A stretch of DNA of 55,850 nucleotides from an uncultured bacterium (lineage in GTDB: Bacteria; Omnitrophota; Omnitrophia; JAHJGZ01), in contig CAZLCT010000003.1 in the NCBI GenBank assembly GCA_964558015.1, positions 1 to 55,850 of the forward strand. The letters are read 5' to 3'. The first letter of the stretch is position 1; each line of letters starts with the position of its first letter. Both the position numbers and the translations under genes were made by a program. Below are positions 55,201-55,850 of the stretch, piece after piece. The notes beneath the pieces were generated by a model, which searched no databases, was not told the origin of the DNA, and was given only the letters and a program-made list of their open reading frames with translations.

Positions 55201-55850
55201 GGTTGTCTAATTTAAGGACTCTTTCAGAGATTTTTGGTTTATTTCAAACACTGACAAATTACGGCATAGACTCTCAAGCTGCTGAGCGTTTTTGCGTTGA
55301 AATCTTAAGATCAGGAAGAAGAAATTATGTGTATGCGTTACGCAGTTTTTCTGAATTTATCAACTCGAGAACGCAATCACTTATTAAAAACGATCTCAAG
55401 CAACGTCTCAAAGCCATACAAAAAATTACGGATTATAATAATAAAAAAGTTGCTGAGCAAGAACTTAATACATTAGGCGAAGCGTTTACCATGATTACGA
55501 AACATATCAGCAACATAATTACTATAGCTGATTTTACGACACAAACAAAAGAGGGTAAGAAGGTACTAAAAGCAATAGTCGAAACATTCGGATCGCTTGG
55601 TACTGTTGGGTCAAAATTAAGTAACAGTTCACTATCTCCGCAAGTGAAAGAAGTCTTAGAATCATTAATCATCAAAATCAACGGGATTTTACAGCTTGAA
55701 TTTGATTATGTTACTACACCTCAGCAGATGGCTGATGTTGAGACCGAGTTTATGCGCCGGATGCTCAATCAAATTACAGAAGCTGAGACAGATATTCTTC
55801 CTGATGAGATTCTTAAAAATAAAGAATGGACAGAAAAGTTGACCCAGATG
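49278..55850 (+). CDS. 5' part of a giant ORF (at least 2,191 codons, 3' end beyond the window): secreted protein of unknown function
   Basis: ATG 49278 is preceded by an in-frame TAA at 49260-62. There is no stop codon in this frame through base 55850 (checked line by line). Signal-peptide-like N-terminus MYNTHTQYGRGLKVIATVTVCVFTWTTAALA/DPSS. It is absent from the supplied track, presumably because it has no stop in the window. Confidence 0.88.
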   Translation, partial: MYNTHTQYGRGLKVIATVTVCVFTWTTAALADPSSVYKINVPEAHGKVKQRYKGTSNKTIIHVQDAHLSSEAQFNLARIICALIPELRTQSNTALDADKRRLNSEEHPRNSASKDPGMDNKNLRESASKGRTPFVGIEGAIGEYDLKELRDYPVQEAKEIVGRDFVKDGKFIGAELASIIAKDDFIIYGLEDRELFTKDFKAFYKAHAKLSELEEQIEILEGQLNLLKEANYNQSLKEFDVEASCYETNESYFVDYLSILYEKIIELNIDLYDYVSLLQFKEVFLIESMISWEGIDKEIEEFVESMKQAPSQKVSDCYSNYKSGKINQKEIICVLNNIAAERGIRFEPHSNIAKALEFWHKNEAIDMNEILRDILAVNHEIRLRLAVSADERSVIELWRTLTKLKTLLALKALKDDVEEFRTNRKEYSMEKIQGKINDLLRVASYELRVDESKTRNPSTSSGSRAKSRGLQPPTPNMDEVLALVDQFYSLADQRDIVMLDNLIAKMDMEGQDLGVLVAGGYHSNGLIRMMKERDISFVTITPKIDSTIEDVAFMDRMMGKVVSFDPMFTSHFQFSRIQGSVLGLKGLGIFNDTEIDNIIRDANTQLNGAAILLEDINKKADELKKKEEYVPLAEALEQIAKELNENKFVETFMQKRGITNFTNENAREFMNELRRIVGEKVAVEGLVADYLKNMQDRFLEQLGLIKTGTLISDIKEEEAGYNEDIKGAYDAKNIGKVRDVYDRIEERILRWAGAFTTVSLEGLTSIDNDVQLIHDDTIDDFAKAVEVDGEWVIKVNTKRLEQFLQNIQDPAHKNYALQMILGHELAEVRAQQDARSRGEEKMNPADSHAVGLFIEDEIHERSSVADKQSIYTKILIAQAEILYQAGYLIEAEQTVLGLFGEDASGYYQDRKEMRLDDGRILRLEFEDLLLLAQCTIDSYLFYVLCTRPFLILPFRDYPQQMARMGEFITDYFYIAERQSEERGAYSYEINSAAFLSSEMVDEKVVTLFARIAALYDGVRKRSGERSFNSIIMYLATIVNGNKESHILDDAQALAFILEHEDELVALGPEIMRLYINYSYRYHSKVSTKYERPEDYSNYFFTREVLERLQGFNGDVASTENYLRFMSMSKSSEQIFQEEGLFDQFRHHMSLENQTAFTKYLLAQINQLSGTRIAGVSADIMRTFLNEKVMQLYELHGSLLNPVLKLILHFPHEWNTYCGDVFMTKYQRIAALGIGSEYVDALIALQSNKAELMSDDVVNAIAAVGTSDVQAAKDFLLLAGKSRKYRIEKKEGRDTYIPTSETFIPELISSPFLTAFTRLAPEVRQKYVYHAVVVNQDNRDLFFSFETAEVAAVFHNANLISLLAKRCEDKSFITILLESPLRNRLIKAFSESGSDQHTILEYAEPNMLSSDTSFSLVNKINRKISNKELREDLIEAILKNSDFAAYLDDEQNFNLLMSCIGFSVNFAQGYIQLFSSMSLNELMVFGAFYNNVLRSEQEAFALEVMNLVRDDLDLIDTLDMTRLGLLYKLSPYVAQKYMMAVGRNPRLLQSNEIYEKVVALISGDLINGITLSQYGDLPRNYSRAYRHRLAYVQQDENERPYGYQLAKFLIDISLDSNSNYVHFVQAEDSLRKIHPQILDNLAGSFQKYNKDEGRSEFESWDENTAVHESVLRVLGTLTSVNLSKFILSAINSYSSQEDTTSVKELMDMFSNENELSTLQSLSDGLIKAITTWKRTGKKEKGGWRTVYSLYQLISGAEIRRLFNSSLHEECLQSLFSINTAHTKKRDAERSNQEDALIDKLFSETFITQLEKVQSQFGGAIVNMILDMISNNPNSIDTYLNEQYVSNLIANVDLIFGSENQSEFVTNKSQALMAVLNNDPHTLRTYMDMFTEILGSDSLASFLKKGNYSAIRRWISLFNVHNTTPEAFEEFQSLLKRQMGEIAPEKRGEYLTMLSNVARSKFFLSTLKLTGKEIKTWLSNLRTLSEIFGLFQTLTNYGIDSQAAERFCVEILRSGRRNYVYALRSFSEFINSRTQSLIKNDLKQRLKAIQKITDYNNKKVAEQELNTLGEAFTMITKHISNIITIADFTTQTKEGKKVLKAIVETFGSLGTVGSKLSNSSLSPQVKEVLESLIIKINGILQLEFDYVTTPQQMADVETEFMRRMLNQITEAETDILPDEILKNKEWTEKLTQM
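49563..49660. repeat. MITE-like module inside the giant ORF: 20-bp inverted repeats made of ACGCAGAT units flanking 58 nt
   Basis: gacgcagataaacgcagatt (49563-82) faces aatctgcgagaatctgcgtc (49641-60), 17 of 20 complementary. It is read in frame as LDADKRRLNSEEHPRNSASKDPGMDNKNLRESAS. Confidence 0.6.
50597..50705. repeat. composite simple-repeat/palindrome module inside the giant ORF
   Basis: (RCGAGTT)x4 at 50597-50624; a 37-nt imperfect palindrome ccttcgacaagctcagga/tcccgagcaaagtcgaggg (50646-82) centred on GGATCC; (AACCCCC)x2 at 50689-50702. Confidence 0.6.

Overview
AT-rich bacterial window on the standard genetic code, almost entirely + strand. No rRNA, tRNA, CRISPR array, transposase or integrase was seen.

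Layout:
(1) 0.3-12.1 kb: two paralogous secreted or anchored coiled-coil/TPR-like proteins, a MerR-type regulator translationally coupled to a 914-aa membrane TPR protein, a FlgN-like gene, a cytoplasmic PAS histidine kinase and a sigma54-dependent response regulator.
(2) 12.2-42.6 kb: a flagellar superlocus in Firmicutes/spirochaete-like order. It runs flgB-flgC-fliE-fliF-fliG-fliH-fliI-[TPR]-fliJ-[YlxF/FlbB-like]-[LysM]-fliK-flgD-[TIGR02530-like]-flgE, then a strong hairpin, then [GT4-GT2-TPR fusion]-motA-motB-fliL-fliN-fliO-fliP-fliQ-fliR-flhB-flhA-flhF-flhG-[small TM]-fliA-[3 unknowns]-flgM. A near-consensus sigma54 promoter sits in front of flgB and a near-consensus sigma28 promoter in front of flgM. 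fliM is missing from its usual fliL/fliN slot.
(3) 42.7-44.7 kb, - strand: a secreted glucoamylase/GH144-like protein and a small HAMP membrane protein.
(4) 44.8-48.8 kb: a tRNA-modification neighbourhood (ThiI-type PP-loop protein, mnmG, TIGR01212-type radical SAM).
(5) 49.3-55.85 kb: this stretch looks empty in the supplied ORF track. It is in fact one uninterrupted reading frame (ATG 49278 to the last base, 2,191 codons with no stop, checked codon by codon). It encodes a signal-peptide-bearing giant protein of unknown function that runs off the window.

The giant gene has a promoter/terminator leader with a clustered ATAACTT motif. It also carries two in-frame palindromic simple-repeat modules, and related copies of one of them occur elsewhere in the window.

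Lineage guess (weak inference): an uncultivated low-GC lineage known for giant genes, such as Omnitrophota-like bacteria. This cannot be verified from the sequence alone.
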